A stretch of 64,000 nt of DNA from Candidatus Gottesmanbacteria bacterium (GCA_963711735.1 CAVQFA010000005.1:71525-135524), one strand, 5' to 3'; numbered from the stretch's first letter, positions 9,354 to 18,856 are shown. Notes: generated from the letters alone by a model not told the origin. Program-made: numbers and translations.

Positions 9354-11186
9354 TTAGTGTCCCCACCAGCCAAAGTCACGTTCGGGTTCTAGGCCCGGAT
9401 CGCAGATAGTGATTGCGGTCCATGGTGCTGTGGCTTGAGCAGTACCGTCGGAAGTGAATAACCACAGTGAGTGGTTGGCCGATGTGTCCAGGGCGATTAC
9501 TACGTCGCTGACTAAACCATCGAGTACCCATACAACTGTATGGATCCATGTTCCGGTGATAGTGCCTGGTTCGCCAATGGTGGTGGCATTCGGGTATTGC
9601 AACGCCAACGCATCCAAAGCGGGGTAGAGCGTTTCCTCGCGAGTTGCGAGATCTCCGCGATTAAGAGTGATGGTACTTGAAATCACCTCAAGCGGTACGC
9701 AAATCCCTGTTTGTTCTACCTCTACGGCAACTGATGCCTGGACGATCTCAAGGTCAGCATTGATAGGCTGGCAGAGTTGGACTCCTGAAAAAGCGTGAGT
9801 TACGTTCAAGGTGCCAGTCTCGGTTACCAGGAAGAGAGCCTTACCATTGCTCTCCAGGATCAAGTTCGCACCTGATGTAACGGCAGTCGGCTGGGTCCAT
9901 ATCAAAGCCTGGTAGGCTGTGACCGTGACGTTGCCGGGTCCGGAGGCGCGTAAACGTGCACTTGGGACGCTGTCCACGTAAGTATCCAAACTAACGAACA
10001 CTTCGTCTGGATTAACTGTCATCCAGGTTTTGATGAAACCGACGATGGCTTCTGAGTCAGCACAATTGCTTGCGCCTACATCGACCACCTGTTGTGTGTA
10101 AACAATCCCGATTAAGGGAATATCTCCATCCCAACTATTCAACGGAATTTCTCCGCTGGGAGTGGGAACTTCGACACCCTCTTCGACAATGTATACACCG
10201 GTGCGTCCATCAACCAAGAGCGGGTAGACGCCTTCGGGTAACGGGTCGATAGTGTACCATCCAGTCCAGACAAGACTTGCGGGTGCTGTAACTGTCCAAT
10301 TACCGGTTTGATGGTCAATTTTCTGAGACATAGCATCCAGGATATCAACCAACACATACGGATCAGTCACTCCCTGATTGCTTAGCATTTGCTTAAAGTC
10401 TGTCCAACTGATACTGCCAGGTACAGGTGCCTGTGCAGTTGCAGATGTATCCAGGGCTGCCTGTGCGGTTGCGGTTGCAGCTAACGCTACAGCAGCGTCA
10501 GTTGTTGCGGTTGGGCGGTCGGTCGGACGCAGGGTTGCAGTCTGTGTCGGATTCGGTGTATTGGTCGGCGCTGACTTGGATGGAACCCACGGATGCCAGG
10601 CCAACAAAACCAAAATCAAAATCACTCCGAGACCCACAACGATCAACCACGGTAAATTGCTATTGGTGGTTTCTTTCTCTTCAACTTCGTCGTCGTGCTC
10701 AACAACGTCAACATGTTCAACAACAGGCTCGACGTGTTTGATGGGTTCGATATTCTGAACCACGTCGACATGCGTTGGTTCGACCTCTGGCTCGAGATCC
10801 AAATGCACCGGTTCGGGTTGCGGATGCAATTCCTCATGTTGCTCTTCCGCAAACACCCCGTCTGACTCAGCCTTCGTCAACCCAGCAGCAATCATTATCT
10901 TTGCCTGTGCAGTCGACGCACCCATATTAATCAGTTCTTGATATGTGTAACCTTCTGGTTCTGCCATCGGAGTCTCCGTTTCTTTTACAACAGGTGTTTC
11001 AACAACCCGTTCTTCCACCACAAGGGTGGGTACATCGACCATCTTCCGGATCCAGCGGCGCATTTTGCGTCGGCCCGGTTCATCGTCTTCGACCTGTGGA
11101 GCCTGATTGAGATTAAGCTCTTTGCCCTGCGCATAACCTTTCAGTTCTGCCAGAGTTGTGATATTTGACAATACGTCTGTACTCAT
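9354..11186 (-). CDS. membrane-anchored/secreted protein with Thr/Pro-rich linker, hypothetical
   Basis: AAGGAG RBS 7 nt upstream of ATG at 11186 (track start 11267 also possible); acidic region, TM helix (LPWLIVVGLGVILILVLLAW), T/P-rich linker, ~400-aa C-terminal domain. Confidence 0.55.
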   Translation of the reverse strand: MSTDVLSNITTLAELKGYAQGKELNLNQAPQVEDDEPGRRKMRRWIRKMVDVPTLVVEERVVETPVVKETETPMAEPEGYTYQELINMGASTAQAKIMIAAGLTKAESDGVFAEEQHEELHPQPEPVHLDLEPEVEPTHVDVVQNIEPIKHVEPVVEHVDVVEHDDEVEEKETTNSNLPWLIVVGLGVILILVLLAWHPWVPSKSAPTNTPNPTQTATLRPTDRPTATTDAAVALAATATAQAALDTSATAQAPVPGSISWTDFKQMLSNQGVTDPYVLVDILDAMSQKIDHQTGNWTVTAPASLVWTGWYTIDPLPEGVYPLLVDGRTGVYIVEEGVEVPTPSGEIPLNSWDGDIPLIGIVYTQQVVDVGASNCADSEAIVGFIKTWMTVNPDEVFVSLDTYVDSVPSARLRASGPGNVTVTAYQALIWTQPTAVTSGANLILESNGKALFLVTETGTLNVTHAFSGVQLCQPINADLEIVQASVAVEVEQTGICVPLEVISSTITLNRGDLATREETLYPALDALALQYPNATTIGEPGTITGTWIHTVVWVLDGLVSDVVIALDTSANHSLWLFTSDGTAQATAPWTAITICDPGLEPERDFGWWGH

Positions 11187-11769
11187 TTCAAAATCTCCTT
11201 TGATTTTTAAAATTGTCCATTTCCCTTCCTCAGGAGCACTGAAGTGCTTCAGTTTTGTCGCACACACAGTGCGGGACGGAATAATGGCTTATGGGGATAT
11301 CTATCATTACATTGAATATCATCACGTTGAACACGTGAGTCACGTTTATTCCTTTTTCAGGAATTGGTGTTTACTTGCCAATAGCTATGCCTCCTTTGCG
11401 TAGCAGAAAACACTCAATAGTCAAAAAATTGAGAGCTTACTGCTACGCAAATACGGAAACATGCCTTTATGATTTCCCCATACAACAGGAGATTGCCGCG
11501 ACCATTACCGTTTACCATCACTAACTATATTTACTCCGATTTTTAGTCGGGGTTGAGAATGTGGGTATTTTTTAGGGATCGTTCGTAAATAACTTCAGAG
11601 TTATTTATGACTACGATCCTTTATGACGCGTAATCGCGTCCAAAATACCCGAAATAGTCCCATTTATCTGTCCTTTCGGATAGATGTATGAGACGTTACT
11701 GTCCCACTATCCTTAGCATTCGCCTTACCTACTATTCGTAGCGCGGCTCATGCAGCGGATTTCGCGGGA

Positions 11770-11816
11770 CAGTTTTGAGTACTTCTAAACCTGTTAGGTT
11801 TAGAAACTCAAAACTG
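11770..11816. repeat. 47-nt near-perfect palindrome (20-bp stem hairpin with 2-nt bulge)
   Basis: cagttttgagtACttctaaacc tgtta ggtttagaa actcaaaactg; lies in ORF-poor 1-kb region. Confidence 0.6.
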
Positions 11817-11956
11817 CGTTCTCGTTTGTTAAAGTGCATTTCCGACATAGTCGGAATTGCTTGTCTTATCCGTTCCGTCAGTATGAGCGTAATATGCCCA
11901 AGTGACAGTCTGGCGTCGACCCCTAGGATTTGCTCCCGGGAAAAGGGGGAGATCGG

Positions 11957-12425
11957 CCTGCCGTACGATCTCACCCTATTTCCGAAAACAATAATTATCA
12001 AATGTTTACTTTTTTAAATTACTAAGATGTTCAGATCCGATGACGGATCTGAATCGATGGATTGCTAAGCTCTTCAATATGAATTGAATCGCTAAGCAAC
12101 CAATCGACCTGCCGTTCGGAGTACCCTCATTTCCAGAAACAACGACTCTGAATGTTTACTTGTTAAATTGTTAAGGTGTTCAAATCTGACTGCCTTCTTT
12201 TATCGGTTACTCCGCCAAGGGCGGAGTCGTGTCTCGTACGAATCCACAAACGGATTCGTCGCCTTCGGCTCCTCACCATATGTGGGAGTAAGCTCGTCGT
12301 CGCTATGCTCCTCCTTGCTAACTCCCACAAAAAAGCAGGCTATCCGCCTGCCATTTTTGTTCTATTCGCGTACCTCTACCCGGCAGGGGAGAATGAACAC
12401 TTTATTGACTTTTTAAATTTTCCTT
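11957..12425. repeat. three degenerate direct repeats (~80 nt core, ~75% identity) with embedded GC-rich hairpins
   Basis: cctgccgtacgatctcaccctatttccgaaaacaa...gtttactttttt (11957), cctgccgttcggagtaccctcatttccagaaacaa...gtttacttgtt (12108), weaker third copy from 12355; hairpins cagatccg/cggatctg, actccgcc/ggcggagt, cgaatcc/ggattcg. Confidence 0.5.
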
Positions 12426-12476
12426 CAGGCAACAAACAGCATTTGCCCGATCTGAATTTCTGATGCGTAAATCAAC

Positions 12477-13148
12477 TTATTTATTCTTTCTTAAAAGTGC
12501 CAGTCCTCCGATGCCTGTTAAGGCAAACGGCAGGATGACAAGAAGGTCTTCGGCACCGGCAGTCGGCAGAGTTGTGGCACCCAAGACTTTGTTTGTGACG
12601 CAGATGCGTGCAAAGTTTTTATCTCCGTTGGGTCTTTGCGGGCTTGTAACTGACGCCCAGTTATCACGGCAGAACGGATCTTCTGTTGGTACAGGTCCGA
12701 CTACTTTTGCCATGATAAAGACTTCGCGTGATTGCCCTGCAGGCATTTCGTGAATAACGACGGTCATGGATTTTTTATCAAACGTAACAGCATCCTCGGG
12801 TGCTTTGTCTTTGACAAATACATCCGTTATCTCTATGTTGTCCGGAACATTATCAATAACAGTAACCGGTTTCATCGTTTCACCGGATGAGTTGGTGATC
12901 GCGAGACGATAGTTCACTTTATTTGCGTCAACTCCGGTATTTGCAGAAAAAATTGCATCAAGAACATTTTCCTGATACTCACCGTTTATAGGATTTTGGA
13001 CATCTTTGTCGATTGTCAGATTTGTCGGTTGGGGACAGTTACTGCCGTATTGTCCGTTGGTACAACCTTCATCAGCACGGACTGCAACTGCAGCAAGAGA
13101 AATGATAGCAAGAGTTATAGATAAAAATGTAACGAGATATTTAGACAT
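12477..13148 (-). CDS. LPxTG-anchored cell-surface protein (sortase substrate)
   Basis: N-terminal signal peptide (MSKYLVTFLSITLAIISLAAVAVRA); C-terminal sorting signal LPTAG + hydrophobic segment + RKNK tail. Confidence 0.75.
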   Translation of the reverse strand: MSKYLVTFLSITLAIISLAAVAVRADEGCTNGQYGSNCPQPTNLTIDKDVQNPINGEYQENVLDAIFSANTGVDANKVNYRLAITNSSGETMKPVTVIDNVPDNIEITDVFVKDKAPEDAVTFDKKSMTVVIHEMPAGQSREVFIMAKVVGPVPTEDPFCRDNWASVTSPQRPNGDKNFARICVTNKVLGATTLPTAGAEDLLVILPFALTGIGGLALLRKNK

Positions 13149-13229
13149 GTATGTATTCCTTTCGATATAATTAGATACACTTTACTGATTAGGTTGAGAG
13201 TATACACCCTATAACATTTGTTGTCAAGT

Positions 13230-13257
13230 ACTATAAGATAGGTTATATAAATGTCAA
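13230..13257 (-). promoter_or_regulatory. putative sigma70-type promoter for LPxTG protein gene
   Basis: minus-strand TTGACA (13257..13252) - 16 nt - TATAGT (13235..13230), ~75 nt upstream of the start codon. Confidence 0.35.
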
Positions 13258-13353
13258 TGTATGATTTACGAAATACGATTTGTGGGAAATATTTAAAGGC
13301 TTTAAAAACCTGAATCTTACATCGTAAATCGGACTGATTAGTAAAAAGAAGCG

Positions 13354-13692
13354 AGGGGATACTCCGTAATACACATTATACGTACGAAATCACCTGTCAG
13401 GTCTGACCATCAGCCTCGTTTATAAGATCCGCAAATAAAAGCAGTCTCTCAGCTATCTTTTAAGGATGCTCCGTATACTGCTTACCCAGCTTCGATATGA
13501 GGCTGGGATGCGCAGTTAAGGAGCACCCGGTTAGGTCTGACCATCAGCTTCTTCTATGAGATCAGCAAAAAGGAGTAACCGTTCCGGTGGAGTTAGGATG
13601 CTCCGTAATACGCTTCGCGTAAACGGAGCCACCTGTCAGGTCTGACCATCAGCCTCGTTTATGAGATCCGCAAACAATAACAGTCTCTCAGC
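13354..13692. repeat. three tandem ~131-bp copies of sortase gene 3' end (18 codons + stop) plus downstream flank
   Basis: minus-strand reading: copy at 13629-13692 is the real gene end (AERLLLFADLINEADGQT*); copies at 13391-13456 (IAERLLLFADLINEADGQT*) and 13530-13580 (LLLFADLIEEADGQT*); shared flank motif gatgctccgtaatac at 13354/13463/13594. Confidence 0.8.
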
Positions 13693-15507
13693 CACGCTTC
13701 CAGGTGGCCAACAAGTCTGCAGGATGAGGCTCTTTTTGTCTGTTTCAGGCACGAGATAGGTAATTGAGCTTGGCTTCACGATACGTTTTTCCCTGAGTAC
13801 GTACGTATACCGGACACCTTTGTAGAAAAGGACGATCTGGTCGCCAGCCTCAAGGTTTTTGACAAGGTAAAATACAGCGTTCAGCTTATTCACAAACCAC
13901 TGATAGTTGGTAGAGTGGGAGAACAGGTATACGGTACCTTTCTGGTCCGGCGTGAAGCTGGTTGAAGCGTGCGCCACACCCTCAGAAAGGGCTTTATTGT
14001 ACTCATTCAGCTTCGCAGGATTGACGTTCGGTATGACAACAGCGTTCACCCCGATTTTCGGGATAATGATGCCGAAGTCGGTATTGAGAGGCGTAATTGT
14101 CTTGCCATCGGGTCCTACGAGCGGATTAAAGATGACCGGAGCTGCAGGAGGCAGGGTTTTGGGCGGTGAGATGAGCATGGTTACTGCATCCTGTGTCTCT
14201 TTAGCCAGATATCCGGCTTCCAGGCGTACCTTCTGGATAAGCGGCAAGCTCATACCTCCCAGTGACAAAAGGACGAGGAGAAACCCTCCGGCACGTCCCC
14301 ACGAACTGCCTCCGCGACCGCCTTTTTTCGGATTTATGCCTTTTCTAGGCACGATTCGAGGCTGAGTTGGTATGGGTGATATCCCTGCTTCAACAGCCGC
14401 ACCCTTATCTGCCTCGCCTGTTATCGGTGAAGGAGAACCGGTGAACGGGTTAACAGGCTGATTGATAGGCGGGTCTGCTGATTGCACATCTTCGGAATAT
14501 GCATCCTCGTTGGAGGATTGTTCCGAAAGTTGAGGTACGACATCAGTTTCATCAGGCACAGGTTCATCGTAGACATCCTCCGGAACGTCAAAATCCCAGT
14601 CAGGCACGGTTGGCGCAGATGTCTGTGCCTGGGGGATATCCGGAATTATGGCAGTTGGAGCATCAGTCTTGGGTGTGGATTGAGGCTCGAAAATTGGTTC
14701 ATTTCCCGTCACTGACGGGATTTTTGACACTTTCGGAGGTGGAAAGCCGGACGGTTTGATACCCGCCGGAACACCCGTCGGCATTGTGCGGAAGGGTTTA
14801 TCCGGAGGAACGGCATCAGGCGGAGGGAACGGGCTTAAGTTGTCCGGAAAGTATGTCGGTTCCGTTGTCCCTTTCGGGAACGGACTTGGACGCGGAGTCG
14901 TCGGGAGCGTCCCGGGAAGGCGCGGAAACTTCGGGAGTGCCCCCGGGGTACGGGGTTTAAACGCACCAGGTGCGGTCTGGAATTTCGGGAAGGCACCGAA
15001 TCCGCCCGGCATATTGAATTTCGGAAACTTCGGTTTTTGCGGAATTGGCGTGTATGCTATGTGTGACAATTCATCCCGCGCAGATGCATTCGTATCCGTT
15101 TCAGGTTTAGGATTTGCAGGAGGACCAACCGGTCTATCTGATATTCCATAGAAATCATCCATGGTAAGGCGCGGTTTCGCGGGTGTCGGTGCAAACGGAG
15201 CCTTTGGCTGAGAACTCATTCTATCCTGTGCGGGAACCTGGGTAAACGGGCTTTTTTGAGGCTGATTTGTTTGGAGGTCACGTGACGGATACACATTTCC
15301 CTTCGGTACTGATACTGAATTTTTAGGCTTTGCATCCGCAACATTCAAAGCGGAAGGGATTGCAGGGGGAATCGGACCCATCAGAAATGACAAATCATCC
15401 GGCGTGTCTTCAACCGGAATGGTTATTTTTCTGCCGTTCGGCAGTTTTTCAAAAATATAGATAGTACCGGATGTAGGTAACATAGATAATTTTGGTTCAC
15501 AAACCAA
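13636..15507 (-). CDS. sortase (transpeptidase) with ~400-aa Pro-rich N-terminal extension
   Basis: C-terminal domain has sortase signature (LFSHSTN ... LILQTCWPPGS = TLxTC Cys motif ... R); TM helix GFLLVLLSLGGMSL precedes it; N-terminal 400 aa low-complexity P/K/F-rich; track start is TTG, first ATG at 15483. Confidence 0.7.
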   Translation of the reverse strand: MVCEPKLSMLPTSGTIYIFEKLPNGRKITIPVEDTPDDLSFLMGPIPPAIPSALNVADAKPKNSVSVPKGNVYPSRDLQTNQPQKSPFTQVPAQDRMSSQPKAPFAPTPAKPRLTMDDFYGISDRPVGPPANPKPETDTNASARDELSHIAYTPIPQKPKFPKFNMPGGFGAFPKFQTAPGAFKPRTPGALPKFPRLPGTLPTTPRPSPFPKGTTEPTYFPDNLSPFPPPDAVPPDKPFRTMPTGVPAGIKPSGFPPPKVSKIPSVTGNEPIFEPQSTPKTDAPTAIIPDIPQAQTSAPTVPDWDFDVPEDVYDEPVPDETDVVPQLSEQSSNEDAYSEDVQSADPPINQPVNPFTGSPSPITGEADKGAAVEAGISPIPTQPRIVPRKGINPKKGGRGGSSWGRAGGFLLVLLSLGGMSLPLIQKVRLEAGYLAKETQDAVTMLISPPKTLPPAAPVIFNPLVGPDGKTITPLNTDFGIIIPKIGVNAVVIPNVNPAKLNEYNKALSEGVAHASTSFTPDQKGTVYLFSHSTNYQWFVNKLNAVFYLVKNLEAGDQIVLFYKGVRYTYVLREKRIVKPSSITYLVPETDKKSLILQTCWPPGSVAERLLLFADLINEADGQT

Positions 15508-15569
15508 CAGGAAAGATTGACGGATTATATCCTATAGTAGAAGAAAAAGCAAGTGTATAGTATCAGATT

Positions 15570-16049
15570 TTACTTAGTTTTCGGTTGGAGGCTGGGATCG
15601 GACAATGTATCAGCGGATGCGCTCTTGTCTCCCTGAACGCTATGTTTTTCCGTTTGAGCAGTTGTTGAGCTTCCCGTCCACGTGAGCTTGATTTCCTGTG
15701 AAACTGCCTGTTTGCCGAGCTTCGCAGCTGCGTCATACTGGCCTTGTTTAATGAGTTCACGCACGGTTTCCATCGCCTTCTGGTTGACGTTTCTCTCGTA
15801 GTCGGCAAGGATCGGGATGATCAGAGGTGCAAGTTCGGAAAACATATCATCTAGCCTCGGTATAGCCTTGTAGAACTCTTCGAGTGTCATGCCGGGAGTG
15901 AGTGTTGCCAGGACGTGCTGGGATATAGCCTGCGCGCGCTCATCAGTGATTGTTCCGTTTTCAATTCCCTTTTTCAGGAATTCGACGATATTAAGCTCCA
16001 ATTTTTGTCTGAGTTCATCTGCTGTCATAGGTATAGTATGGTGTATCAT
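15570..16049 (-). CDS. hypothetical protein
   Basis: 159-aa ORF, helical-looking composition, no motif. Confidence 0.45.
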   Translation of the reverse strand: MIHHTIPMTADELRQKLELNIVEFLKKGIENGTITDERAQAISQHVLATLTPGMTLEEFYKAIPRLDDMFSELAPLIIPILADYERNVNQKAMETVRELIKQGQYDAAAKLGKQAVSQEIKLTWTGSSTTAQTEKHSVQGDKSASADTLSDPSLQPKTK

Positions 16050-16145
16050 AGCACTTCTATCAAGGACAAAATTAACTCTAAATCAGACATTTACTACACT
16101 ATGTTTTTGTGGAGTTTTTAAATTCTTGCAGAGAGCAGGATAGGT

Positions 16146-16472
16146 ATGATATATTATAGGCCTATGTGTCCAATAGAAGTTCGTGTTGGAGAAGGAATTA
16201 CAAGCGTGATAAAAGTATTAGGTCCGGGAAGAGACGTTGCTATTATTGCACAAAACCCCCGGACTACAGTTGCGTATGCGGGTGATGTTTCGGGGAAAAC
16301 GTCCATAAACGGTGGAGCGGATGGGAAGATTATCCTGGAAACAACACTTTCACAAATTGGGCATTCTGTAGAGTCGACAATACCGATCTATGAGCCGGGA
16401 GAAATGACACTATTCGGTCGAGCACTCAATGAGGTACAAAAACCAATCGTGATAAAGCGGGTGGCAAGATAA
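16146..16472 (+). CDS. hypothetical protein
   Basis: 108-aa ORF in otherwise empty interval. Confidence 0.35.
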   Translation: MIYYRPMCPIEVRVGEGITSVIKVLGPGRDVAIIAQNPRTTVAYAGDVSGKTSINGGADGKIILETTLSQIGHSVESTIPIYEPGEMTLFGRALNEVQKPIVIKRVAR

Positions 16473-16541
16473 AATAATTACCTTTTTTTATTATTTTTCT
16501 TCTCTGGAGATTCTCATGTTTATTTGGTACCATGAGATCCA

Positions 16542-17825
16542 ATGACCAAACCCTACGAAAAAACGGTATTTCCCAACGGCGCGCGCCTCATTCTTATTCC
16601 CATGGAGGGTGTCAACAGCGTTGCCACTTCCGTGATGGTAAGTGTGGGAAGCAGGTATGAAATCAGGGAGAATAACGGAATTTCTCACTTTCTGGAGCAT
16701 ATGGTATTTAAAGGGACGAAAAAATATCCGACGACCGATGATGTCAACACTATCGAGCGGCAGGGCGGGTTACAAAATGCATATACGGATATCGATATTA
16801 CGAACTACCATAACAAAGTGCTTGCAGAGGATTGGCAGCTCGGGCTTGAGATAAATAAGGAATTAGCGCTCAACCCGCTTATAGAGGCAAAGCACGTGGA
16901 CCGCGAACGCTCCGTCATCATCGAGGAGATGAAGCGGTATGAAGATGAGCCATCAGCCAAAGCTGAGGAAGTGTTCCATACCATGATGTATCCGGAAACC
17001 AAACTCGGGATGCGGACAATCGGAGAAGAAGAGAGTTTAAAAAGTGTTTCGTCAGGAGAGCTTCATGCGTATCACGATGCGTGGTATAAACCGGAACGGA
17101 TCGTAGTGGTTGCGGCAGGAAAACTGGATAAAAGCACACAGATGACCGTACACAGAAAAGCAGAGGAATGGTTCGGGGGATTGCCGAAAGAAAAGACAGG
17201 AGAGTTGGAAACGGTTAAAGAATTGCAGGACAGTCCGAAGGTGAAAGTTACGACGAAACCCGATGCACAACAGGCGCATTTTGTATTGGGCATAAGGACA
17301 TTTAAACGCGGAAGTGAAGACCGGTTTGCATGGAACGTTTTTAACCTCCTCATGGGCATATCATTCACTTCGCGGCTCTTCAGAGAGATCCGCGAGAAAC
17401 GGGGACTTTGTTATCACATTCATTCCTCATCCAACAACTGGGTGGATGTCGGTAACTGGTCTATCTATGCCGGCGTTGCTACGGAAAAAGTGGGAGAAGC
17501 AGTGAAAGCAGTAATGGGAGAGTTGACGGCTGTATTGAACAAAGGAGTTACTCAGGATGAGATAAACGTATCGATAAAGAGGCTTAAAACAATGCTCTCA
17601 TTCCGTGCCGAAGATCCGGAATTTATGAATGAATATTACGGGCGGCAGGAAGTTTTCAACGAACCGGTCATGACACTGGACGAGTATCTTTCGCGGATAG
17701 AAAAAGTCACGAAAGAGGAAATAGATATATTATTGAAAAAATATTTTATAACGAAAAATCTGAATTTATCCCTCGTGTGGAACAAACCGGAAGATAAATC
17801 TCTTATAACACTTCTGACTCTATAA
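16542..17825 (+). CDS. M16-family zinc peptidase (pitrilysin/insulinase-like)
   Basis: inverted zinc-binding motif HxxEH (GISHFLEHMVFKGT) and downstream Glu region; 427 aa typical length. Confidence 0.8.
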   Translation: MTKPYEKTVFPNGARLILIPMEGVNSVATSVMVSVGSRYEIRENNGISHFLEHMVFKGTKKYPTTDDVNTIERQGGLQNAYTDIDITNYHNKVLAEDWQLGLEINKELALNPLIEAKHVDRERSVIIEEMKRYEDEPSAKAEEVFHTMMYPETKLGMRTIGEEESLKSVSSGELHAYHDAWYKPERIVVVAAGKLDKSTQMTVHRKAEEWFGGLPKEKTGELETVKELQDSPKVKVTTKPDAQQAHFVLGIRTFKRGSEDRFAWNVFNLLMGISFTSRLFREIREKRGLCYHIHSSSNNWVDVGNWSIYAGVATEKVGEAVKAVMGELTAVLNKGVTQDEINVSIKRLKTMLSFRAEDPEFMNEYYGRQEVFNEPVMTLDEYLSRIEKVTKEEIDILLKKYFITKNLNLSLVWNKPEDKSLITLLTL

Positions 17826-17846
17826 GATTTTTCTACTTGGCGAAAG

Positions 17847-18290
17847 ATGAGTTTTCCTGTATATTTGCCATATATGAAAGAACAAACAGTTGTCCTTATT
17901 AAACCCGACGGGGTAGAGAAGCATGTGATCGGACAGGTTATTGCCAGATTTGAAAAAGCGGGACTGACCATTTCTGCTTTGAAAATGGTCCGTTTAACTC
18001 AAAAAATTCTTGACCAGTGGTACGCGCACCACAAAGACAAACCGTTTTTCCCTGATCTTTGCCGGCAGATGATGGTAACACCGGTTGTCGCAATGGTTGC
18101 AACAGGAGAGGGGGCGATACAAAAAGTGTTCGATATCTGCGGTCCGACAGATCCTGCTGAATCCAAACCCGGTACAATCAGGCGGGATTTCGGGGAGTCC
18201 AAACCGAAAAATGTCGTCCACCGGTCGGATTCGGTGGAGGCGGCGCAGAAAGAAATAGGGCTTATATTTCAGTCAGAAGAATTGTTCTGA
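17847..18290 (+). CDS. ndk: nucleoside diphosphate kinase
   Basis: EQTVVLIKPDGV ... NVVHRSDSVE (catalytic His motif NxxHGSDS variant); 147 aa. Confidence 0.8.
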   Translation: MSFPVYLPYMKEQTVVLIKPDGVEKHVIGQVIARFEKAGLTISALKMVRLTQKILDQWYAHHKDKPFFPDLCRQMMVTPVVAMVATGEGAIQKVFDICGPTDPAESKPGTIRRDFGESKPKNVVHRSDSVEAAQKEIGLIFQSEELF

Positions 18291-18305
18291 GTATTTCAAA
18301 AACTT

Positions 18306-18506
18306 ATGAGTCAACCTGAAGTTGCGATTCTATCGAAAGATCTTCAACCGGGAGGATATTGGATAGTAGACCCGGATGCTGATGAGGCAATATTCGATCC
18401 GGGTAAACCGGAGACCTATATGAAATGGATTTCCGACGAAGAAGCAGCAATACTTGATATGGCTGCAGCAACAGCTCCTCATCTGGACCTTAACCTCGGT
18501 TGCTGA
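18306..18506 (+). CDS. hypothetical small acidic protein
   Basis: 66-aa ORF 16 nt after ndk stop. Confidence 0.3.
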   Translation: MSQPEVAILSKDLQPGGYWIVDPDADEAIFDPGKPETYMKWISDEEAAILDMAAATAPHLDLNLGC

Positions 18507-18601
18507 ACATAAAAGAGAGATTTACAATTTTATATTCCCGGGATGTATTTTCCTCCTTCCTTCCTACCTTTCGCATTTGTTAGTATGGATATATCCTTCA
18601 T

Positions 18602-18856
18602 ATGGAACATTTTCCAAAAAACGCATCCCAAACACTTCCTCCGCATGCGAAGCTCACACACCGTGGTGTGGCGTCCCCGTGCCCCGGGCATATCGCGCTC
18701 GGTATCCAGTCAGATGTGGGCGTATGGTACGCACACTGTGGTAAATGTAAGGGATACTTTGTCTATATACCGAAAAAAGATATCTGGGTAGAAGAGGAAA
18801 TTTTTGAAAAGTCGCTTCAGAAAGAAACACCGCTTGATCTGCTGGCAATGTTGTAG
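18602..18856 (+). CDS. hypothetical small Cys/His-containing protein (possible zinc ribbon)
   Basis: CPGH ... HCGKCKGY spacing; several overlapping alternative ORFs make call weak. Confidence 0.25.
   Translation: MEHFPKNASQTLPPHAKLTHRGVASPCPGHIALGIQSDVGVWYAHCGKCKGYFVYIPKKDIWVEEEIFEKSLQKETPLDLLAML

Noticed and set aside
11400-12476. Possibility that the 1-kb ORF-poor region is a CRISPR array, tmRNA, RNase P RNA or SRP RNA
   Set aside because: Repeats are long (~80 nt), degenerate and irregularly spaced, so it is not a CRISPR array. I could not find tmRNA 5'/3' tRNA-like ends, the RNase P GGAAAGTCCGG-type core, or the SRP GGAAGCAGCC motif, so those specific assignments are unsupported.
13621-13640. 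One-nucleotide discrepancy between my line-label indexing of the sortase stop codon (tca at 13635-13637) and the ORF-track end (13636)
   Set aside because: Both ends were otherwise consistent with the track, so I defer to the track. Hand-derived coordinates elsewhere may be off by 1-2 nt.
13907-15151. Plus-strand ORFs (13907..14365, 14756..15151 and others) inside the sortase gene
   Set aside because: They are antisense frames of a Pro/Gly-rich coding region. Their G/R-rich composition is typical of spurious antisense ORFs.
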